Of a stretch of 64,000 bases of DNA, positions 1 to 12,899 are shown piece by piece. Within the stretch, counting starts at the first letter, position 1. Each line of letters starts with the position of its first letter. The translations under genes and the position numbers were made by a program. The stretch spans positions 206,150,001 to 206,214,000 of the forward strand of contig OZ024742.1 of assembly GCA_964016885.1 (NCBI GenBank), written 5' to 3'. Under the pieces are notes generated by a model. It had not been told where the DNA came from. It ran no database searches and was given only the letters and a program-made list of their open reading frames with translations. The stretch comes from Eledone cirrhosa (lineage: Eukaryota).

Positions 1-422
1 TTCTTTTGCTCCGCTGCCGCCATCTGTATATGCACGCCTTCTCTTCTTTGTTGGGTCGGCTCGCTGGACATCAGCATACTTCTGGGGCAGCTTGCATCGG
101 TTCTGGTTTTGGCTGAGTAGGTTGAAGTAGCTCACTTGGGGGCCTGGGGTGAGCAAACCTACAGCCTGTCCCTGTTTCCCCATGCCAGCTGGTCCTGTTC
201 CTGAAGAATTTGCATGTTACCTGGGTTTTCTTTCTTCAGTATCTCGGCGCCTTCTGTTCTTCCCTTGGACAGTTGTCCACTAGTCCCTTTCTGCTTGGGT
301 GTTTTCCTTCGGCTGGTGATTTCTTGTTTCACCTTTACTGCCTACCTTCTTTGACTGTGGAAGTGGGTATCTCATTGGTGGTTGTTTTCAGATCCTTCTG
401 TGTCTCCGTAGAACCTTTGTGG

Positions 423-710
423 TCAGTGTTTATACTTTCTTCCTTTTCTTTTTCTGTCTTCTTCCTCCCCGAGGAAGGCCATGTGTGGCACTATGAGGGC
501 ACAGGCCCTCTCAGTTTCTCTCCTTTTCCTTTCTATTTGCGACAAAGTCCTCAGAAAGCCATACCTCTTCAAGGTCTCCACAATTATTTTGGTTGGCGGC
601 GCCCTATCAGCCAGGCTCCATCCTTTGATCATCATCTCCAGTTCTATCTTTTTCCATTTTCGTTGGCTTCTATTTGAATTTCCTCCTATATTTCCGTGGA
701 TGAGGACATG
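423..710 (-). pseudogene. Short open frame resembling a Myb/SANT-like (trihelix-type) DNA-binding domain, probably a decayed transposon ORF fragment
   Basis: Stop-free 710->423 frame reads RKWKKIELEMMIKGW...KIIVETLKRYGFLRTLSQIERKRRE, similar to the W-x3-E...L-x3-G-F/Y-x-R-T-x2-Q-x3-K pattern. Judged by eye only; downstream frames are broken. Confidence 0.3.
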
Positions 711-982
711 TCATATCATGGAGGTGGCCTTAAAGTAAGTGAGTGGTGGGTTGTGTCAGGTTTTCTTAGAAGTAAGGACAGAATCTTCCTGTATTGGTAT
801 AGACCTGTGACTCATGAGGGAGTCATATGGGTGCCATATTGACAAGGAGCGTTTTTTAGGTCATTTTTGAAAACCTGGCAAAGACCTTTTCCTCTCTAGG
901 CCTGAGTACAGCAGATTGCTTCCACAGAAGATAGTAAGTAAGAAAAAGGAAGTGTGAAAGAGATATAGAAGAAGAATCGTCT

Positions 983-1058
983 CCAGTACTTGTCTGGAAC
1001 TTTTTTATCAACCTCAAATGGATGAAAAGCAAGTTGATCTGAATGGGATTTGAACTGA
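983..1058 (-). mobile_element. Degenerate Deu/Nin-type SINE fragment
   Basis: ttttatcaacctcaaatggatgaaaagcaagttgatc...gggatttgaact matches the SINE consensus seen at 14279-14457. Confidence 0.6.
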
Positions 1059-1116
1059 GAGAGAGAAGAGCGAGAATGAACATCGCAAAATCCTCTATCT
1101 AATGGTCGAAGAGAAA

Positions 1117-1176
1117 ACAATCGACAATTTCCAATTGTTAATTGTTTCGGAGTGTCTTGCTCCTTGTCAAGATTGT
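1117..1176 (-). ncRNA. Type I hammerhead ribozyme, U3-A8 core variant, GUC site
   Basis: Minus strand: ACAATC-TTGACAA-GGAG(caagaca)CTCC-GAAA-CAATT(aacaattgga)AATTG-TC-GATTGT. All three helices pair perfectly. Confidence 0.85.
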
Positions 1177-1313
1177 GTATTCTCTCATGTCTGCTATCTG
1201 CTCGAACTCCTGAGAATACATAGTATTCTCGAATATATACATCGGCTGATTAGCCTCATTTGCATACACGAATACACTTAGGCATCCACCATGTTAAGAG
1301 CGAAACCAAATTT

Positions 1314-1318
<5 letters not shown>

Positions 1319-1375
<57 letters not shown>
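1319..1375. repeat. (TA)n microsatellite
   Basis: Direct observation. Similar tracts at 2611-2700, 5765-5810, 6304-6358 (then (GT)n), 37295-37400, 43064-43126 and 59256-59340. Confidence 0.95.
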
Positions 1376-1378
<3 letters not shown>

Positions 1379-1830
1379 TACTCAATGATATTAAATAAAT
1401 GGAAACTATATTTATAAAACCATATTTATTTTATTATATATATTTCTAGGGTACCAAGACAACATTGGTACGCTTTCATCAGATAAAATACAAAGTTTGT
1501 TTTATAAATAGAGACATACCCATGAAAATCATACCTTATCGGTTGGAAATTCACTGGATAGTCAGTGAATTTCCAACCGATAAGGTATGATTTTCATGGG
1601 TATGTCTCTATTTATAAAACAAACTTTGTATTTTATCTGATGAAAGCGTACCAATGTTGTCTTGGTACCCTAGAAATATATATAATAAAATAAATATGGT
1701 TTTATAAATATAGTTTTCATTTATTTAATATCATTGAATATTTACTCCAGTAAACTGTTGAGTGCTCTAAATCAGTTATAAACATTTATATTTGTCGGAC
1801 TTCCAACAAATTAAATATCCCTTCTACTTA
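1379..1830. mobile_element. Fold-back Penelope-like terminal insertion: 178-bp arms (1379-1556 / 1563-1740), 6-nt loop, unique tail to ~1830, flanked by (TA)n
   Basis: Near-perfect palindrome (2 mismatches seen), with a hammerhead motif in each arm. Confidence 0.75.
1629..1692 (+). ncRNA. Minimal type I hammerhead motif (mirror copy 1427-1490 on minus)
   Basis: TATTTTAT-CTGATGA-aagcGTACCAA(tgttgtc)TTGGTACccta-GAAA-TATATA-TA-ATAAAATA. Helix III is palindromic and minimal; the base of helix II is imperfect. Confidence 0.7.
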
Positions 1831-1939
1831 TATATATACATATATATATATATAAGATTAAACAAGACAAACAGAGAGATGCAAAAACGCAGTCTTATTA
1901 GGTTCATGCTTGAAAAAGGAAACAAGAAGTAAATGAATG

Positions 1940-1975
1940 TCTCAATATATCGGACATAAGTCCTTCTTCAGGAAA
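1940..1975 (-). ncRNA. Degenerate minimal hammerhead motif (GAAA->GATA)
   Basis: Minus: TTTC-CTGAAGA-A-GGAC(ttat)GTCC-GATA-TATT-GAGA, next to (TA)n. Confidence 0.5.
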
Positions 1976-2144
1976 TAGCAAAGTTCAGAGAGAGAAGGTT
2001 GAGGAAAAATATATTGACAAAATTATATTGACAGGGCTAGTATTTATTAAAAGGAACGATCGACTTTCGTCAAATCGGACCGAGGTAACAATGTTTCCGT
2101 TGGTCTTTCCAATTGCTAATACTATCTATCGGTCGCAACTCCAG

Positions 2145-2265
2145 GTAGAAGGAGCAACGTGAAATAAAGTGTCTTGCTCAAGGACATAACGCATCGCCTG
2201 GTCTAGGAATCGAACTCACAACCTTACGATTGCGAATCCAATTCTCTAACCACTCAGCCACACGT
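2145..2265 (-). mobile_element. tRNA-derived CORE-type SINE, 5' part
   Basis: Minus has a tRNA-like head (gtggctgagtggttagag...gagttcgattcc) followed by ccttgagcaagacactttatttcac; same as 41320-41446 and 49890-50021. Confidence 0.75.
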
Positions 2266-2610
2266 ATTTATTAGTAGTAACAAAAACAGTGTGATTTAAA
2301 ATAGAGATGTATATATGACCATATTACAATATGTCTATGTATGATAAACATACATAGTCTCACTGTAAGTATTTTTTATGCATCAGCTGAAATTCTTGGT
2401 ATTTAAGCTAGACTATGCAATTTTAAAAATTAAAAACCATATAATTAAAGTAGGCTACATACAGGTATGTATGTTCCCTTGTTCAAGCTCTCTCTTTCGA
2501 AAATGATAGATGTATATTAATATATGATTAGTTATTAACATTCATGCAAGAAATGCCACATATGTGTGTGTATGTATAATATACATGTATACACGCACAC
2601 ATACAAACAC

Positions 2611-2691
<81 letters not shown>

Positions 2692-2712
2692 TATATATAG
2701 AGAGAGAGAGAG

Positions 2713-5169
2713 TCCATGGAGGCTACGGGTTTGGCGCAAGAAACGAAGGCTTCAGGCTTCTAGAATTCTAACACAAACTTCAAAAAACCCAACAACCATC
2801 TGATTACCTATAGATCAGGGGAGCATTCTAGCCAGATAGATTTTATCTTCATCAGAGGACGTGATAGATGGACGGTTGTAAACACAAAAGCCTTCCTTGG
2901 TGAGGAATGTACCTCCCAACATAATTTAGTTGTCAGCGACCTCATTGTCAGAACTAGACAATCTTGGAAACAGAAGGCAACCTGGAGAAGAAAGATCTGG
3001 AAGCTGAAATATCCTTCAGCCAGTAATAGATTTAAGGATATCTTACTCGATGCCTATGACAGTAAAGAGGAACAGTTAGAGACATTCAATTTAGAAGAGC
3101 ACTGGGAGTTACTAAAAAATAACTTACTAAAGGTGACGAATGAGATTTCTGGTTGGAGCAAGACCACAGGGAGGAGGAGAGTGACTTGGTGGTAGAACAA
3201 TAAGGTAGATAAGGCAGTTAAGACCAAGAGACAGGCAAGGAAAGAATGGAAGAATGGGGAAGCAGGGTACATTACATAGAGACTAGGAGGGAAGATAGGC
3301 GACAAGTATACTTAGCTAGAAGGGAAGCGGAGGATAGAAAATTCAAGCATGTTTTGCAGCATGAGGACCAGAAACAGGAGGAGTTCAGGATTACGAGGCA
3401 GTGTGTCAGAGAAAATTGTGAGGTAATTGGAGAGAAGTGTGTCCGGAATGATAAAGGTGAGCTTGTCCTCACAAGTGCCGAGAAGAAAGCTGCGTGGAAG
3501 AGCCATTATGAAAGATTATTAAATGAGGAGAATGCATGGAAGAAAGAGACTCTACCCCAAGTGGACCCTATAGAGGGACCAGCAAAATAAGTCAGCAGCA
3601 GCGTAGTAAGTAAGGCAATTAAAGATATGAAGACTGGGAAGGCAAGCAGTCCATCAGGTATAGCTGCCGAGATGCTGAAAGCATCTGGGTTGGTAGGTCA
3701 CACCATCACCACACGTTTTGTTAACCAGATAATACAAGAGGGTGTCATACCAAAGGATTGGCGCAGCAGCATCATTGTCAGATGCTACAAGGGTAAAAGA
3801 GATGCGCTAGATAGAGGAAACTATAGAGGTATAAAACTGATGGACCAGGTCATGAAAGTAACAGAAAGAGTTATAGTACAGTTGATTAGGGACCGGGTAA
3901 AACTAGATGAGATGCAGTTTGGGTTTGAGGAAAAAGCGCCACTGATGCTCGCTTCCTTCTGAGGCAGTTATAGGAAAAGTACCTAGCTAAAACTAAGCCG
4001 CTCTACCTAGCATTTGTTGATCTAGAAAAAGCCTTCGACAGAGTTCCCCGTGCTATAAACTAGGAGCAGATGAATGGCTTGTTAAAGCCATACAAGCCAT
4101 GTATAGGGGAACAGTCAGCAAAATTAGGGTTAACAATGACCATAGCGAGGAATTTAGCATACAAGTCGGTGTCCACCAGGGCGCTAAAACTTCTGTATGC
4201 AGATGATCTTACACTTATAGCTGAATATATGGTGGAACTAAAGAAGAAATTCCAAACATGGAAGCAAAGACTAGAAAGAAGGGGTCTCAAAGTCAACCTG
4301 ACAAAGACTAACGTCCTCGTAAGTAGACGAGAAAACAGAACCCAGATCCCCTCAGGAAAATGGCCTTGCTAAGTATGTAGGAAAAGTCCAGGTAGGAATT
4401 CTAACCTCTGCCCCAAATGCAAACTATGGGTACACAGGAGATGTAATGGGATCTCAGGAAGCTTAGTTGGGAATGTTGGCTTTACATGTAGCAGTTGCAC
4501 CGGGACAGCAAGCAGCAAACAGCCACAGGAAACAAGCACTACCAAACTCTGGGAGGGCTCTGTAGAAAGAGTAGACATCTTCTGCTACTTAGGTGACCAA
4601 ATTAGCAGTGGAGGTGGGTTTTCTGAAAGTGCAGGAACCAGGGTAAGAATGGGGTGGAAGAAATTCAGGGAGCTACTACCGCTGCTAGCTGCAAAAGGCC
4701 TTTCCCTCAAAATGAAAGGCAGACTGTATGATGCATGCATACAAACAGCAATGTTACATGGTAGTGAGACCTGGCTGCTGTGTGTAGAAGACTTGCGTAG
4801 ATTACAAAGAAACGAAGCCTGCATGCTCTGATGGATGTGTAATAGTAATATACGCGAACGGCAAAGCATAAAAGAATTGAGAGAGAGAGACTGAGCATAA
4901 AAGGAATTAAATACTGTGTGCAGGAGAGGCGGTTGCGTTGGTATGGACATGTGATGCGTATGAAGGATGACAGCTGCATAAGATGGTGCAGAGCACTAAA
5001 AGTTGATGGAAGCTGTGGAGTGGGGAGACACAGTAAGACCTGGTATGAGGTGATAAAAGCGGACCTTGCCCAATTGCACCTCTCAACAGCGAGGGCACAG
5101 GACCGTTACCTCTGGCATCATGTAGTAATACAGAAGACCCGGCTTACCACGGGAACAAGCAGAAGCTGA
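2713..5169 (+). mobile_element. Decayed 5'-truncated RTE-clade LINE (AP-endonuclease C-terminus + RT + C-terminus)
   Basis: Peptides [61 protein letters not shown]; many stops and frameshifts. Confidence 0.92.
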
Positions 5170-5454
5170 TGCATATAGATGCTCCCATCCCCTCTCACTG
5201 CAAAGTGGTTGTGGAGGTGTCACAACAAAAACGCACCGAGCCCACACTGTAAAGTGGTCGTGTAGGCACCACAGTAAAAAAAGCACTCAGCACTCAACAA
5301 TCTTCCACGCTAGCATGGGTGAGATGGGTTGTCCTGTTGTGGGCGATGCCAGGTTGGCTGACCTTGTCTTACTCATATGGGAACTGATTTTGGCTTGATT
5401 TCTAACAGCAACCTCATTTACGGTGGGTACTGGGTGCTTTTTTTGCCATGGCGC

Positions 5455-5695
5455 CCCCACAACCACTTTGCGGTGGGAGGGGTGGGGTATATTGTCTATA
5501 TGCTTCAGCTTTGGCTTGTACCCATGGGAAGTCTGGTCTTCTGTATTACTGCATGAAGCCAGAGGTCAGGGGTCCTGTCCCATTGCCTTTGAGAGGTGCA
5601 ACTGGGCAAAGTCAGCACTTATCACTTCATCCCGTCTTCTTGGGTCTCCCCACTCCAAGGCTTCCATCGACTTTTAGTGCTCTGCACCTTTTTTG
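5455..5695 (-). mobile_element. Inverted second copy of the RTE 3' end and its flank (homologous to ~4985-5225)
   Basis: Reverse complement matches cagagcactaaaag..., gtaatacagaagacc, caagc..aagctgaagcatatag and caaagtggttgtgg. Confidence 0.75.
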
Positions 5696-5757
5696 CATAT
5701 GTATATATAAACACTTTTTAAAGAATTTTGGTTGTATTTTCTCCTACTGTAATTGTG

Positions 5758-5807
<50 letters not shown>

Positions 5808-5812
<5 letters not shown>

Positions 5813-5925
5813 AACCAGTAAGACCCCGGGGTCTTACTGGTTCCTATTACCCACTCTACTACCCTAAGTATTGAGTACTTTGGTGCGTTATGGTCCACCT
5901 GGTTCCTTACCACATTTCCTTCGTT
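5808..5925. mobile_element. Short fold-back insertion in (TA)n: perfect 40-bp palindrome (5808-5847) plus tail with TTGAGTAC motif
   Basis: ataggaaccagtaagacccc|ggggtcttactggttcctat; same architecture as the hammerhead fold-backs, but truncated. Confidence 0.6.
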
Positions 5926-5945
5926 ATATATATATATATATATAT

Positions 5946-6412
<467 letters not shown>

Positions 6413-6493
6413 GGTAAACAGAAATAACAACACGATTGGTACAGTATATGGAAGGAATATATTAGGTTAACACTTGAAATAGCAAGAAGAGGG

Positions 6494-6529
6494 TCTTAAC
6501 GTTTCGGACGCTAGCCCTTCATCACAAGA
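6494..6529 (-). ncRNA. Minimal hammerhead remnant (C3->G)
   Basis: Minus: TCTT-GTGATGA-A-GGGC(tagc)GTCC-GAAA-CGTT-AAGA. Confidence 0.55.
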
Positions 6530-6869
6530 AAGACTGAGAAATAAGATAGATTGAAGGGATGGATGGGTTGGAATTGGAAAAAATGTCTTTAGATAAAAAT
6601 AACAGGTCCATTCATGTTGAAATCTCTAGGTAAACTTTTAATACTGGCCTTTTGTGTATGATTTATTTTTTTTAGAAAAGTGGATGATGGAGCGTGTCTA
6701 CCTGAAATGGAAAAAAAAACATTTTGTAAAAAGAGCTATACTTGTGCACGTGTGTATGCATGTGGGTGTCTCTGTGTGTGTGTTATTATACATCCGTACG
6801 ACGCTAAGAAGAAATGTGTGTGTATATATAAGTAAAAGAGTGTGTATGTGCATGTAAGTACGAAGTTAT

Positions 6870-7073
6870 GAAGTGGTCATGTAGGTGCCACGGTAAATAG
6901 CAACCAGTACTCACTGTAAATGAAGTTGGTGTTAGAAAGGGCATCCAGCTGTAGAACTCAAGCCAAAATCAGTTCTCGTATGAGCAAGACAAGGTCAGCC
7001 GACCGGGCACAGCCCACAACTGCCCACCCATGCTAATGTGGAAGAATCGACGTAAAACGGTGATGATGATGAT
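6870..7073 (+). mobile_element. SINE 3' half with RTE-type tail ending in (GAT)n
   Basis: gaaagggcatccagctgtagaa core plus cccatgctaatgtggaag..gacgtaaaacggtgatgatg. Related copies at ~5290-5450, 42850-43060, 48355-48602, 54205-54490, 60490-60638 and 63472-63598. Confidence 0.75.
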
Positions 7074-7521
7074 ATTTACTAGAATAGGAATACAATATGG
7101 GTTAGAAATAAATAAATATACAGAGTTACATATGTGTGACTGTATAGAAACATTTACAATGTTTTATACAAATACATGTCATCATCTTTATCATTACACA
7201 TACCATAAAGAAATATGTATAATAATAATAATAATAATAATAATAGTAATAATAATAATAATAATAATAATGATTTCTTTATTAACCACAAGGGTTTACA
7301 TAAAGTAGACATTAAGGACAGTGCAGAACAATATGGGACGGTACAAATGGGCATTTCTGCGTGTAAAAAACAAAAACAGAGGATGTAACAAAAAATAACA
7401 ATGAAAAATTCCCCAATAGAGGGGAGACTTCGGAGGGACATTTGTGGAGAAAGCCCAGTAAAAGGCCACAGTGACCCTGACCACCAAGGCAAGTGCCCTC
7501 TCCCAGTTTTCCACCTTTAAT

Positions 7522-10500
7522 TTACATATACGTACTCAGAGTAGGCCCATTCACTCGGGCCATTCTTGCTTCTCTCACCCATCTTTCAACAAAATGTTGG
7601 GAAGAGAGCACTTCCCTCTCTACTCTGATTTTCCTTTTCAAATGAAATTTGAAAAAGTCAATCAGGGCATCACCGAAGAGGTAAGTGCTCGTCTTCAGCC
7701 CTTTCCAACGTGTCCACCATACTATCTCTTTCGCCATGGCCACCAGACAGATAAAAACTGCCTGCCCTTCCCGGCTAAAGGAAGAGGGCGGGGCAATCCT
7801 CACGATGGACTCAGATGATAGCCGGATCCGTCCTACACGCGACAGCAGGTGTTCGACATAAACCCACAAGTCAGCAATTTTCGGACACTGGACGAGTGCG
7901 TGCAGGACGGTTTCGTCGCCCTGCGCGCATCTCGGATATGCCCGGCTGACGGCACCTCCATGCCTGTAGAGTTTATCCCGAACTGGCAAGGCTCCTCGGT
8001 AGTACTGCCAGGCCAGAGATTTCTGGAAATTGTCCATAGGCCCCGGCCCGAAAGTTCTTCCGAAGAGATTGGCTAGTTGATTTTCGTCGACGCCTAAAGT
8101 TTCCCCAAATACGTCGTCGCACTTCCCCTCCACTAATCCTCTATAGAACGCCGAGGTGGAGTTTTCACCGATCACATTGCCAGATTGGTCGAGGGCTGTG
8201 AGCGCCTGAAGACATTCCAGTTTCCAGGCGCTATCTCTCGGTCTTCGCTTGACCCAGGACTGCAGCTCCGTAAAGGAAACGAGCTGGGGAAATACGTGTC
8301 TAGCAAACAGCGACCTCACCTGATCACCGCCGAGGAAGAGGTGGAGATGTCGTAGCCTGAGCGCGTGTCTGCGCATCATCAGCCACGGCATGCCCAGCCC
8401 TCCACGTAGCGGGTGTTGACAACAGATGGACCGCCTGACCATCGGAGCGCGTGCCTTCCACAAAAAGCGAAAGAGCAAACGCTCCAGCGCAGTCAGGCGA
8501 GGCTTAGGACAAGGTACGACGGTCAGGCGGTAGCAGATGACAGACGCGATGTACGCGTTAGCCACATCCGCTCGACCTTTCAGGGATAGCTTCCTCTCCG
8601 CCCATTTCTGGGTGAGAGAAGCCACCCTGCTCGTCACCTCGTCCCAGTTTTTGTCCGTCTGGAGGTCCGGAACGAATCAGACCACAAGCAATTTAACCGG
8701 CCCGTCCGTCCAGCGTCCGACGACGCTGTTGGACGGCATGGACCTGCCTCTCCAGGTGCCGAGCTGCAGGCCCACTGACTTTTCCTGGTTTATCATTGCT
8801 CCTGTCATCGCTTCGTATTCTCTTAGTGTAGTGCCGATCGCCTCGTTGTGTTTGGCGTTCGACACCACTACGGTGACATCGTCCGCATATGCTGACACGG
8901 ATCTTCCGCATCCTAGTTCGCGCGGGACGCCCCTCAATGTCTCCAGTTTGTGCAGTAATGGCTCGAGAGTCAATACGTACAAGAGGGACGAGAGGGGACA
9001 TCCTTGGCGGACCGAGCGCATGATGTTGAACGGTTCCGACAGGTGACCGTTCACTCTCACCACAGAGCAGATGTCGCTGTGCATGGCAGCGATCCAGCCT
9101 CTGAAGACGGGCCCAAAGCCAGCCGCCGTCAGAACTGCCGCTAGGTAACGATGGTCGACCCTATCGAAAGCTTTTGACTGATCTAAATTGATCAAGGACC
9201 CACCCGTGCCAGGTTCCCTAGCTACCCTCTCTACGATGTATCGCATGAGGTGGAGGTTGTCGTGGATGGATCTGTCGGGAATGGCGCATGTCTGCGCCTC
9301 TCCCGCCAGACCACCAACGACAAGCGCGAACCTCTTTGCTAGCAGCTTGGCCAAAATCTTGAACTCTGTGTTTAGCAGTTATGGGACAGAAATTATCTAT
9401 GTTATCCCCCTTGTTCAGATCCTTTCTCAGCAGTGCCACCGATCCTCGGCTCACAGAACTGGGAATTCTCCCGTTCTGTTGCCAGTTGCAGTAGACGTCC
9501 GCCAAGAGGCCTCCGAACAAGTCTGGCATCTGTACGTAAAGTTCATAGGGCAGACCATCCAAACCAGGCGATTTACCCCTTGTGCAGCCAGTCATTGCCT
9601 CCCTTACTTCAGCGGCTGTTATCGGCTTTTCGCAACACTCCGCCTCAGTGGCCGAGAGCCGCGGCAGTCCGTCGAGGTAGACACTAAAGTCCATCCCTCG
9701 ACCCGGCCCACCGCTGCCCCCGAACAGAAAATCTTCACACATTTGCCCGGGATCGAGTACCATGCGCCCGTCGTGGTCCACCAAAGACCGGATCGTGGCT
9801 TTGTTGCCACGACGTGCCTCCGCCACTCGGGCCCATTGAACGGCTTTCGTCCCCTCGTGTCTGAGAGCACGCACTCTAGCTCTGACAACGCAGCCTTCGT
9901 GCTTTGCATTGAAGAATTGGTCAAGGGCCAATTTCGCCGCAAGTACGTCGGTCGCGATGCCGTTGCTAAGCGCCTCGTCTAATTTTCTAACTAGTTTTCC
10001 CTCTGCTCTATTTTTATCTATTGCTAAAGCCTTACTAAACCTAATAGACTCTATTCTAATCGCTCTTTTCAGAGCAAACCACCACTTGTTGTTGACGATG
10101 GCCCCCGTCAACGCCGGTTAACTAGTTCCTTAATCCGGTCTCTGTAGGCCTTGCGCGCTGGTAAGGGCGCGTTTAGCTTTCAGTAGCCGGGTCCTCGTCT
10201 ATGAAGCCTATCTAAGTCAAGCACACATATCACGAATTTCTGGTCCGTGTAGCTGACTATCTTGAATTGTGGACAGCCTATGCTAGACCTATCTATTTCC
10301 CTACAAAATACTCTATCTAGATATGATCTGGATGACCCTATGCGATTTGTACAAGTCCACATTGGCACATTCGGGAAATCCAATCGGTACCTGTCAGACA
10401 GTTCAAAACGCCTGAGCAGGTTGGTGAGGCTCTTGCACCATCCTCCCCTATCCGCTAATCCCACACAGTCCCAGCGTGCATCTAAGATCCCGTTCCAGTC

Positions 10501-10920
10501 GCCCACTAACACTAAAGAGCGGGACGTTCCAAGAAAGGTCTCCAGACGCCGGAAGAAATCAGGCCGCCCTGCTCCTGGTGGGGCATAGACCGCCACTAGC
10601 CTTAAAGATTGCCCGTCTCCGCTGGTCACGTCCAGCACCACCAACTTACCTTCTGGGTCCAGGAAGATGGCCCGTATGGCGAGATCTAAACCTCTCCGAA
10701 AAAGCACAGCAACTCCTCTCCCCGATCCAGGACAGCTGGGAGATGCGTACACATCGTAGCCGCCGAAGATCGGTGCGAAGGCCCGTGCTTCGGAGATTCT
10801 GGTCTCGCTGATGGTCACTACATCTATGTTTAGTGACCTGAGGTCGTTGAGCAGGTTCCCCTGCTTCCATGACGACCCCAAGCCACGCGCATTTATGCTG
10901 CCTATTCCGAGTGAGGTCAT
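7522..10920 (-). pseudogene. Tx1 copy 1 ORF2 (AP endonuclease, RT, C-terminal Cys/His finger), disrupted
   Basis: GSINARGL, GDWN, DRVF, GCPLS, AYADD, PRCAQGDETVLHALVQC; stops at 10180 and 8677 plus frameshifts. Confidence 0.92.
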
Positions 10921-10954
10921 GTTGAAATGGAGTGGAAAAGATGGGAAAGACCAC

Positions 10955-12899
10955 TTACCGTACTTTTCGTAGAGGAAGGGTGGTTTTTCCATCCTTTTCA
11001 CTGCTTGTGGCCTCCTCCGGAAGGATGTCCTTATAAATCCTCCTGGAGAGTGTTTGTCGGAAGTCTCCGATGTCTTTGGGGAATGTTTGTTTTAGTGTCA
11101 TGTACGTTTTCTGTGTGATGCGAGTGATTTGTATGTGTGGATGTGGTGTGAACTTTTGGGTTGTTGTGTAGTCTTTTTCTGTGACGCTGGTGTTGTGTTG
11201 GATGTAGTGTAATAATTGGTTGTTGTTCAAATTTAATGCTGTGTAGTGTGTATCGTTTTGGTTGTTTGTTTTGTTTGCGTTTGTTGTGGGTTTGTTTCTG
11301 TTTCGCTTTTTGGTGACTTTTGTGTTGTTGGTGATGGTGGTGATGGTGTTGGTGATGGTGTTGGGGTTAATAATGGTGATGGTGTTGGTGTTTATGGTGA
11401 TGGGGTTGGTGATGCTGGTGTGGATGGTGGCATATCTGTCCTAACTTTTTTGTTTGATAGTTTATTTGTTTCCCTCTGTGTTTTGTTTTTGGAGGGGGAG
11501 GGAAGAGAATTTTTTCTTTTTGGGTTTCTTATTTTCTTTTTTCCTGATACCGTTTCCCACTCCTCGTCGTCACAATCTGTCTCCAGTTGTGATAGGCCGG
11601 GGAGTGGAAAATCCTCCACAGGCGTTGGTTTGGGTTGTGGCGTGGTGGATGATGTAGGCGCTGGTGCTAGTTCTGGCCGTTGGGTGGTGGTGGTGTTGGT
11701 TTTGCTACTATTGCTGGGGTTGTTGCTGTTACAGTTGCTTCTGTTGTTGCTGCTACAGTTGTTGCTGCCATCTCTGCTGCTGGTGGTGTTGATGGTTGAG
11801 TCACTGGGGTGGGTAGGAGAGGTGGCCTCAACCTTTTAGCCTGAGAGCAGAAAGCTCTGAGGTGGAGTCCTTCACCACAAACGACACACCTAGGCCTTCT
11901 CCCCTCGACGATTACGGTGAGGTGGCTGCCGTCAGTGAGGTCTATTACCTCTGGAATCTCAATGCTTTTTTGGTCCGCTTGGATCAGGAGCTCCATCCCA
12001 GATCCGGACCAGTTCTCCTGCTTTTCTTTCGCTATTTCGATTATCTTGGTGTTGGCTTCGATGCCGGCGAGGGCGGCAGCTATTAGCCAGGGAATTTCGA
12101 TGGCCGGTGGAACGTGGGTCACCCTGATCTTTACGAGTCTCTGGCCACATTAGCTTAGGACGAGTGTGGATACGTCACTTCTTAATGGGGCCATGGAGTG
12201 TTGTCTAGCCTCCTGTGGTGTTTCAAAGAACACGTCCACGGCTCCATATTTCTGCCCACGTCTGATGTGGGTTTTTTCCGCCCACACATGTCCCAAAGCT
12301 TTTTGGATTTGGGACTCGGATGCCCGTTCCACTCAGCGCGATTTTGTGTTAATCGTCCGATAAGATACGTGCATAGGCGCCGATGCTCCATTTTATTAGG
12401 TGGGGGGCTGACCCTGTAGCCATCTTTCTTTACCTTTCTCTTGGCTTCATTTAATTCCTCCTGAGTTACCTCGATTGTTTCGCATTTCTTGGCTGCTTTG
12501 GCAAACGACACATTTGCGGTGGTGTTGATGTTTTTGTTGTTATTCACATTGTTGTTGTTGTTGCTATTGTTATTTTCAGCTGTGGTGGTGGTGGCGTCAG
12601 TTGTGTTCGGTGTGGAAGAGTCGATTCTGGGTGAATACATTTCGATGTCACGAGATAATAATTTATTTTTTTCTTTTGTTTCTGTTGTCGCTGTGGTGAT
12701 GGTGGGGGTGGCGGCTTTAACACCTGAAGTTTTTTGGTAATGGCGGGAAATGAATGTCTGCATGAGACAAATTTAAATTATTGCTACTGCTTATATTTTT
12801 AGTGTTGGAAAACGTAGTAATATTTACAATGGTGGTGTTGGTGTGAGGTGTTAGTTTGTGAGAAAGGCTATCAGCCTGGTGTAGCTGTGAGTCGTCCAT
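10955..12899 (-). pseudogene. Tx1 copy 1 ORF1 (gag-like, CX2CX4HX4C knuckle), disrupted
   Basis: CVVCGEGLHLRAFC, SFAKAAK and EWETV motifs; homologous to copy 3 ORF1. Confidence 0.88.

Noticed and set aside
1258-1265. Octamer ATGCAAAT upstream of the 1117-1176 hammerhead
   Set aside because: A single 8-mer in AT-rich DNA with no other snRNA-type promoter element recognised.
2535-2803. YIYI, poly-I, poly-L and poly-N ORFs here and at 5674, 6191, 7030, 29811, 37231, 50469 and 59216
   Set aside because: Microsatellite translations.
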